Positions 1 through 10,046 of a stretch of 64,000 nucleotides of DNA are shown piece by piece (the stretch's first letter is position 1; every line of letters starts with the position of its first letter). Below the pieces are notes generated by a model. The model did not search any database, was not told the DNA's origin, and was given only the letters and a program-made list of their open reading frames with translations. A program made the position numbers and the translations under genes. Source of the DNA: an uncultured Candidatus Saccharibacteria bacterium (GTDB taxonomy: Bacteria > Patescibacteriota > Minisyncoccia > CAIUEV01 > JAHKAQ01); NCBI GenBank assembly GCA_964598205.1, contig CAZRBB010000001.1, positions 28,199-92,198 on the forward strand, in the 5' to 3' direction.

Positions 1-1210
1 GTTTGAATGTTTGGTGTTCCTTTTCGTTCTCATTGAGAAGATAAAGCTCCTTGTTAGAATTAATCAGCGCTATTCTTTTGTTGTCGTAAACACTAACTTG
101 GTAAGAAAGGGTTTTGGCGTCTTGGTCTTGATCAATCATGTTTTCCGAAATTTGAACAACTCCTGTTCCTTCTGGATCTGCTTCAAAGATTAAATTACTA
201 GGAGCTTTAACATAGAAAATCTTTCCTCCGGAAAACTCATAACCTTTTACACCTTCTAATACTTTTTGGATTCCCTGTTCTTTAGGAACAAAGGAATAAA
301 GGGTTTCTCCTAACAAAAAAAAGAATCGATCATTGGTTAACCAGCTAAAATTATCAGGAAAAATCGGCTCTGTTTCTATTACCTCTTTTTGTTTGCTTGG
401 TTTTTTGGTTACTACCTTTGGTTTCTGTATTAAAAACGGATCTTCTAGCGGGCTACCAGAGAATGCTGTGAAAGAAAAGGGATCCCCGTTGATTATATTC
501 TTGGAAAGAAATTCCTTGTTTAAATAAATAAAATTTTGCTCGTTAGCTCCATTTTTTTCTAAGTCCTCTATATAAAGAAGATAGTGAAAAAAGGCCTTGC
601 CTTCTTGAACCTTTAATATTGCGCTTTTACTGTCACCAGAAAAAGAAACCTCTTTTAGGAAAAGAGCGTCTTTTCTATTTCTAGGTTCTTCGGCTATTTT
701 TATGGAACTTCCCGTTTTTTCAGAATAAATAAAAATCTTTAAAATTCCCTCTGCTCTACTGGAATAGATTATCTTTTTTCCTCCATCAAATAATTGGTAA
801 AACTCAGGACTAGCAACATCCAAAACTTTTCTAGGGGCATTTTCTTCCGTTAATACAATGTTCCAAAATTCAGTGGCAATTCCCGAATGAATTTGGATTT
901 CTTTTTCCCAAGAAGAAAATCCGGGGCTAGTTATTTTTAATTGGTAAGCTCCTGGTTTAATTCCATTTAGGTTATAGGAATCGTTAATAAGGTCATAGGT
1001 TTTTTTATCTATCTCCTTACCGTTTAGAGAAATATTTACTTTTTTGGGGTTAGATTTTAAGGTAATGGTTCCCGAATGAATCCAAACGCCAGCTTGCCGA
1101 TTAAAGCGATAGCCCAACGCAAAAAAAACAAGCACCACAGAACTTATTAAAAAGGAAATAGTAGAAACTGAGTAAACAAATCTTCTTATTATAGGGATTT
1201 TAGCAAACAT
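1..1210 (-). CDS. PEGA-domain membrane-anchored protein (runs off window start)
   Basis: Not in ORF track; read by hand from ATG at 1210, directly after the ychF stop: MFAKIPIIRRFVYSVSTISFLISSVVLVFFALGYRFN...GTITLKSNPKKVNISLNG...GIKPGAYQLKITSPGFSSWEKEI (TM helix + PEGA-like pattern); same frame also open near position 1. Confidence 0.7.
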   Translation of the reverse strand, partial: MFAKIPIIRRFVYSVSTISFLISSVVLVFFALGYRFNRQAGVWIHSGTITLKSNPKKVNISLNGKEIDKKTYDLINDSYNLNGIKPGAYQLKITSPGFSSWEKEIQIHSGIATEFWNIVLTEENAPRKVLDVASPEFYQLFDGGKKIIYSSRAEGILKIFIYSEKTGSSIKIAEEPRNRKDALFLKEVSFSGDSKSAILKVQEGKAFFHYLLYIEDLEKNGANEQNFIYLNKEFLSKNIINGDPFSFTAFSGSPLEDPFLIQKPKVVTKKPSKQKEVIETEPIFPDNFSWLTNDRFFFLLGETLYSFVPKEQGIQKVLEGVKGYEFSGGKIFYVKAPSNLIFEADPEGTGVVQISENMIDQDQDAKTLSYQVSVYDNKRIALINSNKELYLLNENEKEHQTFK

Positions 1211-2254
1211 TTAGATTTTAAAAATAATTACATCACCGTCAGCCACCACATAATCACGGCCCTCAGTGCGAAGGGCACCACTTTCTCTGGCCTTAGCAAA
1301 AGATCCTAGGCGCGTAAAGTCATTATAGCTTACTACTTCGGCCCTAATAAATTTGTCTTTAAAATCGTTATGGATTCTAGCGCCGGCTTCTGGAGCAGTG
1401 CTATTCTTAGGGATTGTCCAAGCTCGGGATTCGGTTTCTCCAGTGGTAAAAAAGGTAATCAGGTCAAGTTCAGCGTAAGCCTTTTGTGGCAAGGAGGTAA
1501 GATTGCTCTCTAATCCTAATTCTATTGCTTCTTCTGGTGAAAGTAGTAACAGTTCTTCTTCTGTTTTAATATCCAGCTTTAAATGAGAAATGGTATTGAT
1601 TAGAGATTCGGTTTGGGGATGATTTTTTTCAGCGAGATTTAAAAGAAAAAGCGTGGGTTTGGCGGTTAAAAAATGGAGACCTTTCAAGATTTCTTGCTCT
1701 TCCTTACTTAAATCTAAAATGGCAACCGGTTTTCCTTGGTTTAACTGAGCCTCTACTTTTTCCAAAACCGCTAACTCCAAGATTGCTTCCTTATTATTGC
1801 CTCGAGCTTCTTTTTGGGTTTTTACTCTTCTTTTTTGTAGCGTAGCTAGGTCGGCCAGTGCCAACTCGGTGTTAATAATGTCTATATCTTCTTTTGGGGA
1901 ATGGTTTTCTTCTACATGTTTAATATTTTCTGATTCAAAACAGCGGACCACTTGGCAAATCAAATCCACCTCTCTAATGTTGGCTAAGAATTGATTCCCC
2001 AAACCTTCTCCCTTGTGAGCACCCTTAACTAGACCGGCAATATCTACAAATTCAATCACTGCTGGTACAGTTTTTTGCGACTTAGAAATATTGGTCAAGG
2101 TTTTTAATCGTTCGTCGTTAACAGTCACAATTCCCACATTGGGGTTGATTGTACAAAAAGGGTAGTTATTAATATCTACGGGATTTTTAGTTAGCGCCTT
2201 AAACAGAGTTGATTTCCCCACATTAGGCAGGCCAACGATTCCAACAGAAAGCAT
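1211..2254 (-). CDS. ychF: Redox-regulated ATPase YchF
   Basis: GIVGLPNVGKST, NYPFCTI, DIAGLVKGA, C-terminal TGS (EGRDYVVADGD). Confidence 0.97.
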   Translation of the reverse strand: MLSVGIVGLPNVGKSTLFKALTKNPVDINNYPFCTINPNVGIVTVNDERLKTLTNISKSQKTVPAVIEFVDIAGLVKGAHKGEGLGNQFLANIREVDLICQVVRCFESENIKHVEENHSPKEDIDIINTELALADLATLQKRRVKTQKEARGNNKEAILELAVLEKVEAQLNQGKPVAILDLSKEEQEILKGLHFLTAKPTLFLLNLAEKNHPQTESLINTISHLKLDIKTEEELLLLSPEEAIELGLESNLTSLPQKAYAELDLITFFTTGETESRAWTIPKNSTAPEAGARIHNDFKDKFIRAEVVSYNDFTRLGSFAKARESGALRTEGRDYVVADGDVIIFKI

Positions 2255-2361
2255 GCTTTGTAATTAGTAATTCAGCTTTTATACTAGGCTTTCGGCTTGT
2301 TTTTGTCTACTCAAAAATGGGGTGCTGTGCTATCTTAAAAGCACATTTAATTAAAACTACT

Positions 2362-3450
2362 ATGCAAATTGTTATTTTGGCCGGCGGCCGCGGGACTCGA
2401 CTTTGGCCATTAAGTCGCACAGGGAAGTCCAAGCAGTTCAACGCTATTACCGGGGAAAAGACCATGCTAGAAATAACACTAAATCGTTTCTTAGGTTCCT
2501 ATCCCAAAGAAAAGATTTTTATTTCTACCACGCCAGAATGTTTGGAAAATGTGACTAAGACTCTTCCCGATTTCCCCCAAGAACAAATCATTGTGGAGCC
2601 AGAAATGCGCGATACTGCCGCCGCCATGGGCTTTGTGGCTGGTTTTCTTTCTCTAAAGAATCCCGACGAACCCTTGGCCTTTATTGCTTCTGATCACCAT
2701 ATTCACAATCAAGCCAAATTTTTAGAAATCCTAAAAGTAGCTGAACAAGAAATTAAAGCCACTGGTAAATTACTAGATGTTGGCATTGTTCCCGAAGGAC
2801 CGTCTACCGCCCTAGGCTATACCCGCATTGGTCAGCGGATAAAGGTAGAAAACGGAGTAGAGATTTTTGAATTTTTAGGCCACAAAGAAAAACCGGAATA
2901 CAAAGTGGCACAAGAATATGTAAAAAGCGGAGAATATTTGTGGCACGGTAACTTTTACATGTGGACTCCGAGCGCCTTTTTAGGGGCCTTTGAAACTTAT
3001 GCTCCAGAAATTTACCAAAAATTAAAAGAGATCGTGGAATTGCTAAAGGCAAAAGCACCGGCCGAAAAAATAAAAAGCATTTACCAAGAGATTCCCAAAG
3101 TAATGATTGATCTTGCCCTTACGGAAAAAATGAACAGTCACGATATTTTGATTATTAAAGGTGAATTCGGCTGGAGCGACATTGGCGGTTGGGATGTATT
3201 GCACAAAAAACTGGCTGTAAAGCAAGACGAGCAAGGAAACTTGGTTAAGGGAGAATGGGTAGGGATAGACACTTCTCAAAGTTTAATCTACTCTTATCCA
3301 GGAAAGCTGGTAGCTACGATCGGTGTGGACGATTTAGTGGTAGTAGACACCCCAGACGCCCTTCTGATCTGCCCCAAAGGTCGATCCCAAGAAGTAAAAA
3401 AGATGGTAGAAGAGATTAAGAAGTTAAGGGACGGCGAAAAGTATTTGTAG
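2362..3450 (+). CDS. manC: Mannose-1-phosphate guanylyltransferase
   Basis: VILAGGRGTRLWPLSR, EPEMRDTA, SDH, WSDIGGW; start set at MQIVILAGG. Confidence 0.88.
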   Translation: MQIVILAGGRGTRLWPLSRTGKSKQFNAITGEKTMLEITLNRFLGSYPKEKIFISTTPECLENVTKTLPDFPQEQIIVEPEMRDTAAAMGFVAGFLSLKNPDEPLAFIASDHHIHNQAKFLEILKVAEQEIKATGKLLDVGIVPEGPSTALGYTRIGQRIKVENGVEIFEFLGHKEKPEYKVAQEYVKSGEYLWHGNFYMWTPSAFLGAFETYAPEIYQKLKEIVELLKAKAPAEKIKSIYQEIPKVMIDLALTEKMNSHDILIIKGEFGWSDIGGWDVLHKKLAVKQDEQGNLVKGEWVGIDTSQSLIYSYPGKLVATIGVDDLVVVDTPDALLICPKGRSQEVKKMVEEIKKLRDGEKYL

Positions 3451-3521
3451 AAAAAAATCGTTTAAGCGAGCGGCGCAGGCTTTAACAAAGAAATGCGCTA
3501 ACAAATTGTCCCCAACAAAAA

Positions 3522-3608
3522 GGAGAGATGGCTGAGCGGCCGAAAGCAGCACACTGCTAATGTGCTGACCCCTTAAAAGGTCCGAGGGTTCGAATCCCTC
3601 TCTCTCCG
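3522..3608 (+). tRNA. tRNA-Ser(GCT)
   Basis: GGAGAGA/TCTCTCC acceptor stem, anticodon loop CT-GCT-AA, long variable arm, GGTTCGAATCC; CCA not encoded. Confidence 0.95.
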
Positions 3609-3647
3609 CAAGCAAATCAGAAATATAATGTAAGAAAAATTCCCTCC

Positions 3648-4496
3648 CTACATCCCACACAAATCACCTATCTGAGGTTTCCCAAACTTTGAATAAGCAG
3701 AATTTAAAATTCTTTCCTTAAAATTCCAATTACTTTTCCATTTCCTTAAAATTTCTACGCTGTTGTCGTTAGAATAAATTACCAAATCTCCCGGTTCTGC
3801 CTTGGAAAGTGATTGGCCAATCTGAATATTTTCAGCATGTTTTCCTATTCTAAACTTTATTTTTTCTCCGGCACTTTGGGTAATTTTTTGGTGAATGCTT
3901 TTGGTTTTTAGTGTTGAGTTTTCAAAAAGCGCCAAATTGCCAAATCGATCCACATAAGCCAAGGAACATCCTTTTGGTGGATCGGGAATGGAATCGGGAT
4001 CGGCCTCTTGTAGTTTGAGTCCATGATTGGTAGCTAACAGGCGGGGGACATAGCTTGATCGGTGCTGTTCTTTGTCGCCGTTATAAAGACCATTTCCTTG
4101 ATTCGGAAGAAACCATAGCTTCTTTACGGAATCTTTAACGGCGGAGAGTGCGCTCAAGGGAGTGACCACGATTCTAATTTTTTCTTTGAACTCTGCTAGG
4201 TAAAATGGTTCACCATTGGCATTGGCCTTTGTTCGGGGAGCATTGTTAATAAAAAGACCGGTCGATTCGGCTTCTGGATTATCTCGATGCAAACGCAAGG
4301 CCTCTCTTGCAATGTGGTTGTAATACATTTCGGGAACGCCATAAATATCAAAGTGCTGAAGCCCAGGAAAATCCGAACGAATGGCTTCTGCCAAGCGAGC
4401 GGCAACATCTGGAGATTTTAGGGGATTCCAAACGGCGTGTCCTCCATGACAATCGCTAAGAGAGAAAATACGAGACGGATAATGCAGTTTAGGCAT
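3648..4496 (-). CDS. Divergent SAM hydroxide adenosyltransferase / SAM-dependent halogenase (DUF62) family protein
   Basis: N-terminal LSD, central INNAPR, C-terminal AYVDRFGNL motif typical of the family; start set at MPKLHYP. Confidence 0.55.
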   Translation of the reverse strand: MPKLHYPSRIFSLSDCHGGHAVWNPLKSPDVAARLAEAIRSDFPGLQHFDIYGVPEMYYNHIAREALRLHRDNPEAESTGLFINNAPRTKANANGEPFYLAEFKEKIRIVVTPLSALSAVKDSVKKLWFLPNQGNGLYNGDKEQHRSSYVPRLLATNHGLKLQEADPDSIPDPPKGCSLAYVDRFGNLALFENSTLKTKSIHQKITQSAGEKIKFRIGKHAENIQIGQSLSKAEPGDLVIYSNDNSVEILRKWKSNWNFKERILNSAYSKFGKPQIGDLCGM

Positions 4497-4691
4497 GTTC
4501 CTTGAATTTAAAAAATAAAAATCCACGAGATTTAGAATTCGTGGAAGAACTAATTTTAATATCAAACGCCAAACATTTACTAACAACATTATACCTTAGC
4601 TAAGAAAAGATTGCGAAAAGAGGGATATTTAGAAAGCGTCCCTGCTTTTTAAAAAGCCTATTACAGCGAGTATGGTTGGAAATAAAGAAAG

Positions 4692-5690
4692 CTAAGAAGC
4701 TGGTGTTTTAGGGTACAGTTTTTTTACATATCCAAGATCAAGATATTCTTTCTGTATGCGGTTGCACACCGTTTTTGTATGTTCGCAATTCTGACATTCT
4801 TTAGTAAGAAAAGATGTTTCCTGAAAAATGCGTGACTTGATATGAGAATATTGATGTTCGTAATCAATCCGCACCCTAAGCTCCTTTTTTAGTAAGGCGT
4901 CTCTACTTGAAAGAAGATGGATGGGGACTTTGGGCATAAGGCAAATAGGCAAATTATAAATCCGCAAAATAATATGTGGATTTGTGAGTATTTTTTGAAT
5001 GAACATAGTACAGTACGGTTCAATATCTTCAAAATTACTTGGCACAGACTCATCTCTTTGTTTCTTTGTTAAACACTCTAAATACAAACCCCTTAACTGA
5101 ACTATAAATATTCTTGGCATCCCATATTCTTCGATAAGTTTTAAAAAGAAATCAGCAATATCTGGTAAAATAGTGTAATTATTTTTCGTAACAGCAAGTA
5201 ATATATAGATCCTTGTTTTACTCAATACACCGGCCTTAAAAGTATTCTTAAATCCCTCAATTTTTAGACGCTCCTTTGCTGAGGGGAATCTAAGGTTGTT
5301 TACCGTGGAAAAAGAAAGTGATAAAGACTTATTAACGAGTGGGCTATTTTTTAATAAGTAGAGAAGTTTTTTGTAATTCTCTTGCTGACTAAAAATCAAG
5401 GAGTTTGTATTGAGAAAGGGCCATGTTCCAATCGCCACCTTATAATAAAAGAAATGCATAAGATCCCAGAATTGAGGATGAATAGATGGCTCTCCTCCGG
5501 ATATAAGAATGCTTCTTATATGATACTTAGCAAAAACATAAAAATAGTTTAATTTTATTTCAGTCAATGTTAAGGATGGGCTTTTATTGAGATGTCTCTT
5601 GTTAAAACAAAAGGAACAATCACTGTTACATGTGTAATTACAATTAAAAACGCCAGCAGCAAAATCGTAGTCTCTTCCTTCTTTTAACAT
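4692..5690 (-). CDS. Radical SAM protein, HxsC-like C-terminus
   Basis: CNSDCSFC (CxxxCxxC), SGGEP, YNLPIC and C-terminal CQNC..VC cluster. Confidence 0.8.
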   Translation of the reverse strand: MLKEGRDYDFAAGVFNCNYTCNSDCSFCFNKRHLNKSPSLTLTEIKLNYFYVFAKYHIRSILISGGEPSIHPQFWDLMHFFYYKVAIGTWPFLNTNSLIFSQQENYKKLLYLLKNSPLVNKSLSLSFSTVNNLRFPSAKERLKIEGFKNTFKAGVLSKTRIYILLAVTKNNYTILPDIADFFLKLIEEYGMPRIFIVQLRGLYLECLTKKQRDESVPSNFEDIEPYCTMFIQKILTNPHIILRIYNLPICLMPKVPIHLLSSRDALLKKELRVRIDYEHQYSHIKSRIFQETSFLTKECQNCEHTKTVCNRIQKEYLDLGYVKKLYPKTPAS

Positions 5691-6121
5691 TACGGATTTT
5701 TATAAATATTTTTATTTATTGAGTCCTTAGTGCGCATTATTCTTCTTTAGAGCTAATTAAATTGTGGCAATTTTACATTTAGTGTCTTTTTAAAAATATC
5801 AGCATAGGTTACTAATAATATCGCTACTATAGCATTCTTGCAAGGATCTATCCCAAAGCATTTCATGCCTACCAAGCACAGATTTTAATAAAAAATAATT
5901 CATGGGAATTCTTTTTGTATTTATAATTCTCTCAGTATTAACTTTTGTTAATATTTTAGTACCAATTTCTGATTCAGTCACGATTACCCCTTTACTTGCT
6001 CTAATTACTGACCCCCACAATGCAATCGGCCTAGTTTCTTTTTATTTTGTTTTTAAAAAGACCCGCGAATTTTTTAAAAAAGAAACAGAAGAAAAAAAGA
6101 TTCATAAACTAACTTTTTTCC

Positions 6122-6616
6122 ATGGCAAATTACAAATCATCAACCAAAGAAGGCAAATGTATTTTTTGTGAAATTGTTAAAGGGAATATCCAAACTCCGG
6201 GAATTTTTTGGGAAGATAAAGAGTTTATAGCCTTTTTATCTACCTGGCCAAGTACCGAAGGCTTTACGGTTGTTATTCCTAAGAAGCATTATGGAAGTGA
6301 TGTTTTGGCAATGCCCGACAAAACGCTGCAAAAGTTTATTATTGTAGCTAAAAAAGTTTCTAATATTCTCTTGAATCATTTTAAGGACGTCGGTCGGGTT
6401 GGCTTAATAATGGAAGGAACAGGTATGGATCATGCCCATATTAAGCTCATTCCCATGCATGGAACGGAGCATATGAAGCGGGGAATCTGGAAACAATACC
6501 CATCTGGTCGGTCTGATTATTTTAAAAAATACAAAGGCTATCTTGTTTCTAATGACGGTCCCCAAGCGGATCCAGAAGAACTAAAAAAATTAGCCAAAAA
6601 ACTAAGAAAAGTTTAA
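6122..6616 (+). CDS. HIT family nucleotide hydrolase
   Basis: CIFCEI, VIPKKH, DHAHIKLIP (HxHxK variant of the histidine triad). Confidence 0.85.
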   Translation: MANYKSSTKEGKCIFCEIVKGNIQTPGIFWEDKEFIAFLSTWPSTEGFTVVIPKKHYGSDVLAMPDKTLQKFIIVAKKVSNILLNHFKDVGRVGLIMEGTGMDHAHIKLIPMHGTEHMKRGIWKQYPSGRSDYFKKYKGYLVSNDGPQADPEELKKLAKKLRKV

Positions 6617-6832
6617 TAGTGGTTTTTTATAGCTACTATTTCTTGCCCAGAAGGTAAATTGGAGAGTATTGGGTCATGGTTTCGGCGTAGTCGCTAGACC
6701 GAACAATCTTTTCCTCTGGTTTTGTAGTATAATCAATTTAGTTATGAATCCTTTGGCCTTGGCAAAGAAGATCCTTGCGGTAAGTTATTTTTTCCTGGTC
6801 TAATATTCTAAGCAGTAAAAATTATAAGAATC

Positions 6833-7684
6833 ATGGATAACCCTAATAAATTGTCAGACCATTGGAAGAGCATAGCCAGTGCTTGGTCCATTCTAACTAA
6901 TCCGTCGCGTCCATCAGTTGGCGATATGGAAATTTACAAAAAACACCTCCAATCCAAAGGGAAAACAGGTTTAAATATCCTAATCCTTGGCTCAACTCCC
7001 GAATTAAGAGACTTGGCCTTGAGTTATAAGGAGGCAAATGTGGTGATTGTGGACATTAATCCAGAAATGATGTTGGCCATGACTGAATTTATGGAAAACG
7101 ATTCTTCTCGTGAAGTCCAAATAAGATCCAATTGGCTCGCTGCCCCTCTCTGCGAAAACTATTTTGACATAATATTGGCAGATTTTACATTCGAAAATAT
7201 GGCTTTTGAAAATCATCAGGCCTATTTTGATAACATTAGAAAATGGCTTAAAAATGATGGCCTCTATATTAGCCGGATTTTTACTTTTTTAAAAAAGTAT
7301 CAGCCAATGACTATTAGGGACATAGAAGGCTATTGTAAAGAGAAACCTGTTAATAATGAACTTTTATCTTTGTTTTGGGCTATAGCGGTGTTTTTTACGG
7401 GTGATATGATTACTCGAGAAATAAAAGTAGCTGATTTTTTCCAGAAGCTAGAGGAATATCGAGCAGATGTTAACAATCCCGATGTTCCAGCAATCAAATC
7501 TATTCTGGCAATTAACGAAACCGTTTTTCCCAAAGAAAAATCATGGTTTGCTTGGGACGATATAGGATTTAAGGATCTCATTGAGAGTTCAGGTCTTAAA
7601 ATCGTTTCCCAAGAATGCGCCAAAGATGTAAATATGCCGAACGAATACAAAGACTTTGCGCCTATCTTTTTAATTCGGAAATAA
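6833..7684 (+). CDS. Class I SAM-dependent methyltransferase
   Basis: ILILGSTPE motif I variant, VDIN, FDIILAD, LKNDGLYI. Confidence 0.75.
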   Translation: MDNPNKLSDHWKSIASAWSILTNPSRPSVGDMEIYKKHLQSKGKTGLNILILGSTPELRDLALSYKEANVVIVDINPEMMLAMTEFMENDSSREVQIRSNWLAAPLCENYFDIILADFTFENMAFENHQAYFDNIRKWLKNDGLYISRIFTFLKKYQPMTIRDIEGYCKEKPVNNELLSLFWAIAVFFTGDMITREIKVADFFQKLEEYRADVNNPDVPAIKSILAINETVFPKEKSWFAWDDIGFKDLIESSGLKIVSQECAKDVNMPNEYKDFAPIFLIRK

Positions 7685-7710
7685 TAATAATTTCCCTAAC
7701 TAAACAAAAA

Positions 7711-8337
7711 ATGGGTTTTACTGCGTTTATTGCCGATTACATTACTCAGTTCATTGGATCTACCGGTTATGTAACAGTTTTTTTGGGCATGATCTTGGAA
7801 AGTATGATTTTTCCGATTCCCAGTGAAGCGATTATGCCTTTTGCTGGTTTCCTAATTGCGGAAGGAAAATTTAACTTCCCTTTGGTGATTCTAATAAGCA
7901 CGCTTGGCAGTCTTGCTGGTTCCTTACTTTCTTATTGCATGGGTTATTACGGCGGCCACCCTTTTGTTAATAAATTTGGTAAATATTTTTTAATAGATCA
8001 GGAGGAACTAGACTTTACAGAAAAATTCTTTAAAAAAAATGGTCAAGTTGCCATCTTTATTTGCCGTTTTATCCCTATAATTAGGCATTTAATTTCCCTG
8101 CCAGCCGGCATGGCCAAAATGGATCTTTGGAGATTTTCTGTTCTAACGGTAATTGGTGCTGGTCTTTGGAATACTTTTTTAACGGTTGTTGGTTATCGTT
8201 TGCGCCAGAATTGGGAATTAGTAATAAAATACAGCAAAGTGGTGGACGATTTTATGATCATCTTAATTTTAATCTTGATTGCTCTTTATATTTATCGTCA
8301 TATTCATAAAAAGAGAAAGCTTAAAAAAGCCGAATGA
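7711..8337 (+). CDS. DedA family membrane protein
   Basis: LESMIFPIPSEAIMPFAG, RFIPIIRHLISLPAG. Confidence 0.92.
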   Translation: MGFTAFIADYITQFIGSTGYVTVFLGMILESMIFPIPSEAIMPFAGFLIAEGKFNFPLVILISTLGSLAGSLLSYCMGYYGGHPFVNKFGKYFLIDQEELDFTEKFFKKNGQVAIFICRFIPIIRHLISLPAGMAKMDLWRFSVLTVIGAGLWNTFLTVVGYRLRQNWELVIKYSKVVDDFMIILILILIALYIYRHIHKKRKLKKAE

Positions 8338-8669
8338 TCCCGATAGAATTTTTAAGACAGTTTCGCCTAGGCGGTTACGCCATTTTTGATTTTGCAGTGG
8401 CATTTTTGGGAATTTATTTACTTTCTTTTTTATTATCCAAAATCTTTTTAAAATTCAAGATTGATATCCCTAAAAAGAATTGGTTATTTCTAACTCTACC
8501 AATCGGAATTCTTGCCCACTTAATTATTGGAAGAATGACCCCAATGACCAAAGATTTTGTAGATATCCATGGTCATTACATTTTGAAAATATTGATTTTA
8601 GGCTTATTAATTCTTGGAATAAGAGGTATAAAGATAATTAAGAAAAATAGTCTGATAAAGGAGATTTAA
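8334..8669 (+). CDS. Hypothetical membrane protein
   Basis: 111-aa ORF with three hydrophobic segments, ATGA overlap with dedA. Confidence 0.65.
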   Translation: MIPIEFLRQFRLGGYAIFDFAVAFLGIYLLSFLLSKIFLKFKIDIPKKNWLFLTLPIGILAHLIIGRMTPMTKDFVDIHGHYILKILILGLLILGIRGIKIIKKNSLIKEI

Positions 8670-8715
8670 AAATTGCAGAGACTAAAAAATTATTGGTTAA
8701 ATTATTTTTCAAAGC

Positions 8716-9282
8716 ATGGCTACTAAAATGAAGATAGGAGTCTATGGTTCTGCCGCTGGAAATCTAGATGCCAAAACAAAGAACAAGGCTCAATTAATCG
8801 GAAAAGAAATTGCCAGAAACGGACACGCTTTGGTTACTGGCGGTTGCCCGGGGTTGCCTTATGAAGCGGTATTGGGAGCATTCGAGCTAGAAGGTGAATG
8901 CTGGGGATTTTCTTCGGAAACTAGCTTAAAGGCACATAACAAAGCTGGTCTTCCAATAAAGGGTTTTACCGATTTTGTTTTTATTCCAAAAGACTACGAA
9001 CATGCTAATAACGCTTCTGTTTGTGGAAAATATCGAAATGTATCGTCGGTTGCTTCCGTAGATGCCGCCATTATAATCGGTGGAAGAAGCGGCTCCATGA
9101 ATGAGTTTACAATCGCGTACGATACTGGGAAGGTTATCGGCGTCTTAGAAGGCACCGGAGGTATAACCAAAAGAGCAATCAATGTCTTGTTAGAAGACTC
9201 GGACAAGGAAACTGTTGCTAGGGTAATTTTTGAATCTGATCCCGTAAAATTGGTAGCGCTAATCGTTAGTCAATTATTATGA
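8716..9282 (+). CDS. LOG/SLOG family nucleotide-binding protein
   Basis: IGVYGSA, VTGGCPG, RN...DAAIIIGGRSGSMNE. Confidence 0.85.
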   Translation: MATKMKIGVYGSAAGNLDAKTKNKAQLIGKEIARNGHALVTGGCPGLPYEAVLGAFELEGECWGFSSETSLKAHNKAGLPIKGFTDFVFIPKDYEHANNASVCGKYRNVSSVASVDAAIIIGGRSGSMNEFTIAYDTGKVIGVLEGTGGITKRAINVLLEDSDKETVARVIFESDPVKLVALIVSQLL

Positions 9283-9658
9283 GCTTAATCAAAAGCCTTA
9301 AAGACATTTCAAAATCAAACACGCCGACTGCGAGTGGCAAAGGAGTATCACTCGGAGAGATGATTCGTTCTGGGATTTCCGTTCCTTTCGGCTTTGTGAT
9401 TTTGGCCGAGGCTTTTGCTAAATTTTTTAAAGAAACAGATTTGAATGTAGAAATCGACGCCATTCTTGGCACAGTAGATGTTCAAAAATCCATACAGTGG
9501 AAAATGCTTCTGCCAGAATTCAAGCGCTGGTAATGTCTTGCTAAGCAGCAGAAGATTTATTAGAAAATGTAAAAAAATGTTGGGCCTCTTTATTTACACC
9601 CAAGGCCATATTTTACAGGTTCGAAAATAATTTAAGTAAAAACAAAATTGTGAATTAA
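9279..9658 (+). pseudogene. Remnant of PEP synthase / PEP-pyruvate-binding domain gene
   Basis: SGKGVSLGEMIRSGISVPFGFVI N-terminus, then frameshift/stop, then fragment EDLLENVKKCWASLFTPKAIFYR at ~9550-9620; the intervening AVRSS region is absent. Confidence 0.75.
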
Positions 9659-10046
9659 TGGAGATTGAGAGGGAGGAAGATAGAAGCTCTCCGATGCTTT
9701 CCAATGTTTCCTACAATTCTTATCCACTTAGTCCAATATTTAAAAAATATATCTTCCAAAAGATTTTAGGGGGAAAGCAATTAATATGGATGGATATGTC
9801 TATGGTTACAAAGAAGATCGTCAGGTATTTTCTAAATTTATAGTTGATAAATTTAGAAAACGATCGTCGTCCTTCCAGTGTAGTTTATTTAGATGCAGCT
9901 AAAATAAAAGAGCTAAACGAATTTTACAGAACCTTGCATAAAAATAAAGAAGTGGGAAAATAAAAGCTAATGCTATTTATGCTATAATACATTTATTGTT
10001 TATAGGGCTTATGCGTAAGTCCTTGTCTAAATAATTCAAAAAAATC

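Noticed and set aside
5799-6171. Small ORFs 5799-6020 (-) and 5902-6171 (+) as a radical SAM precursor peptide
   Set aside because: They overlap each other and the HIT gene, and show no leader/core or His-Xaa-Ser pattern.
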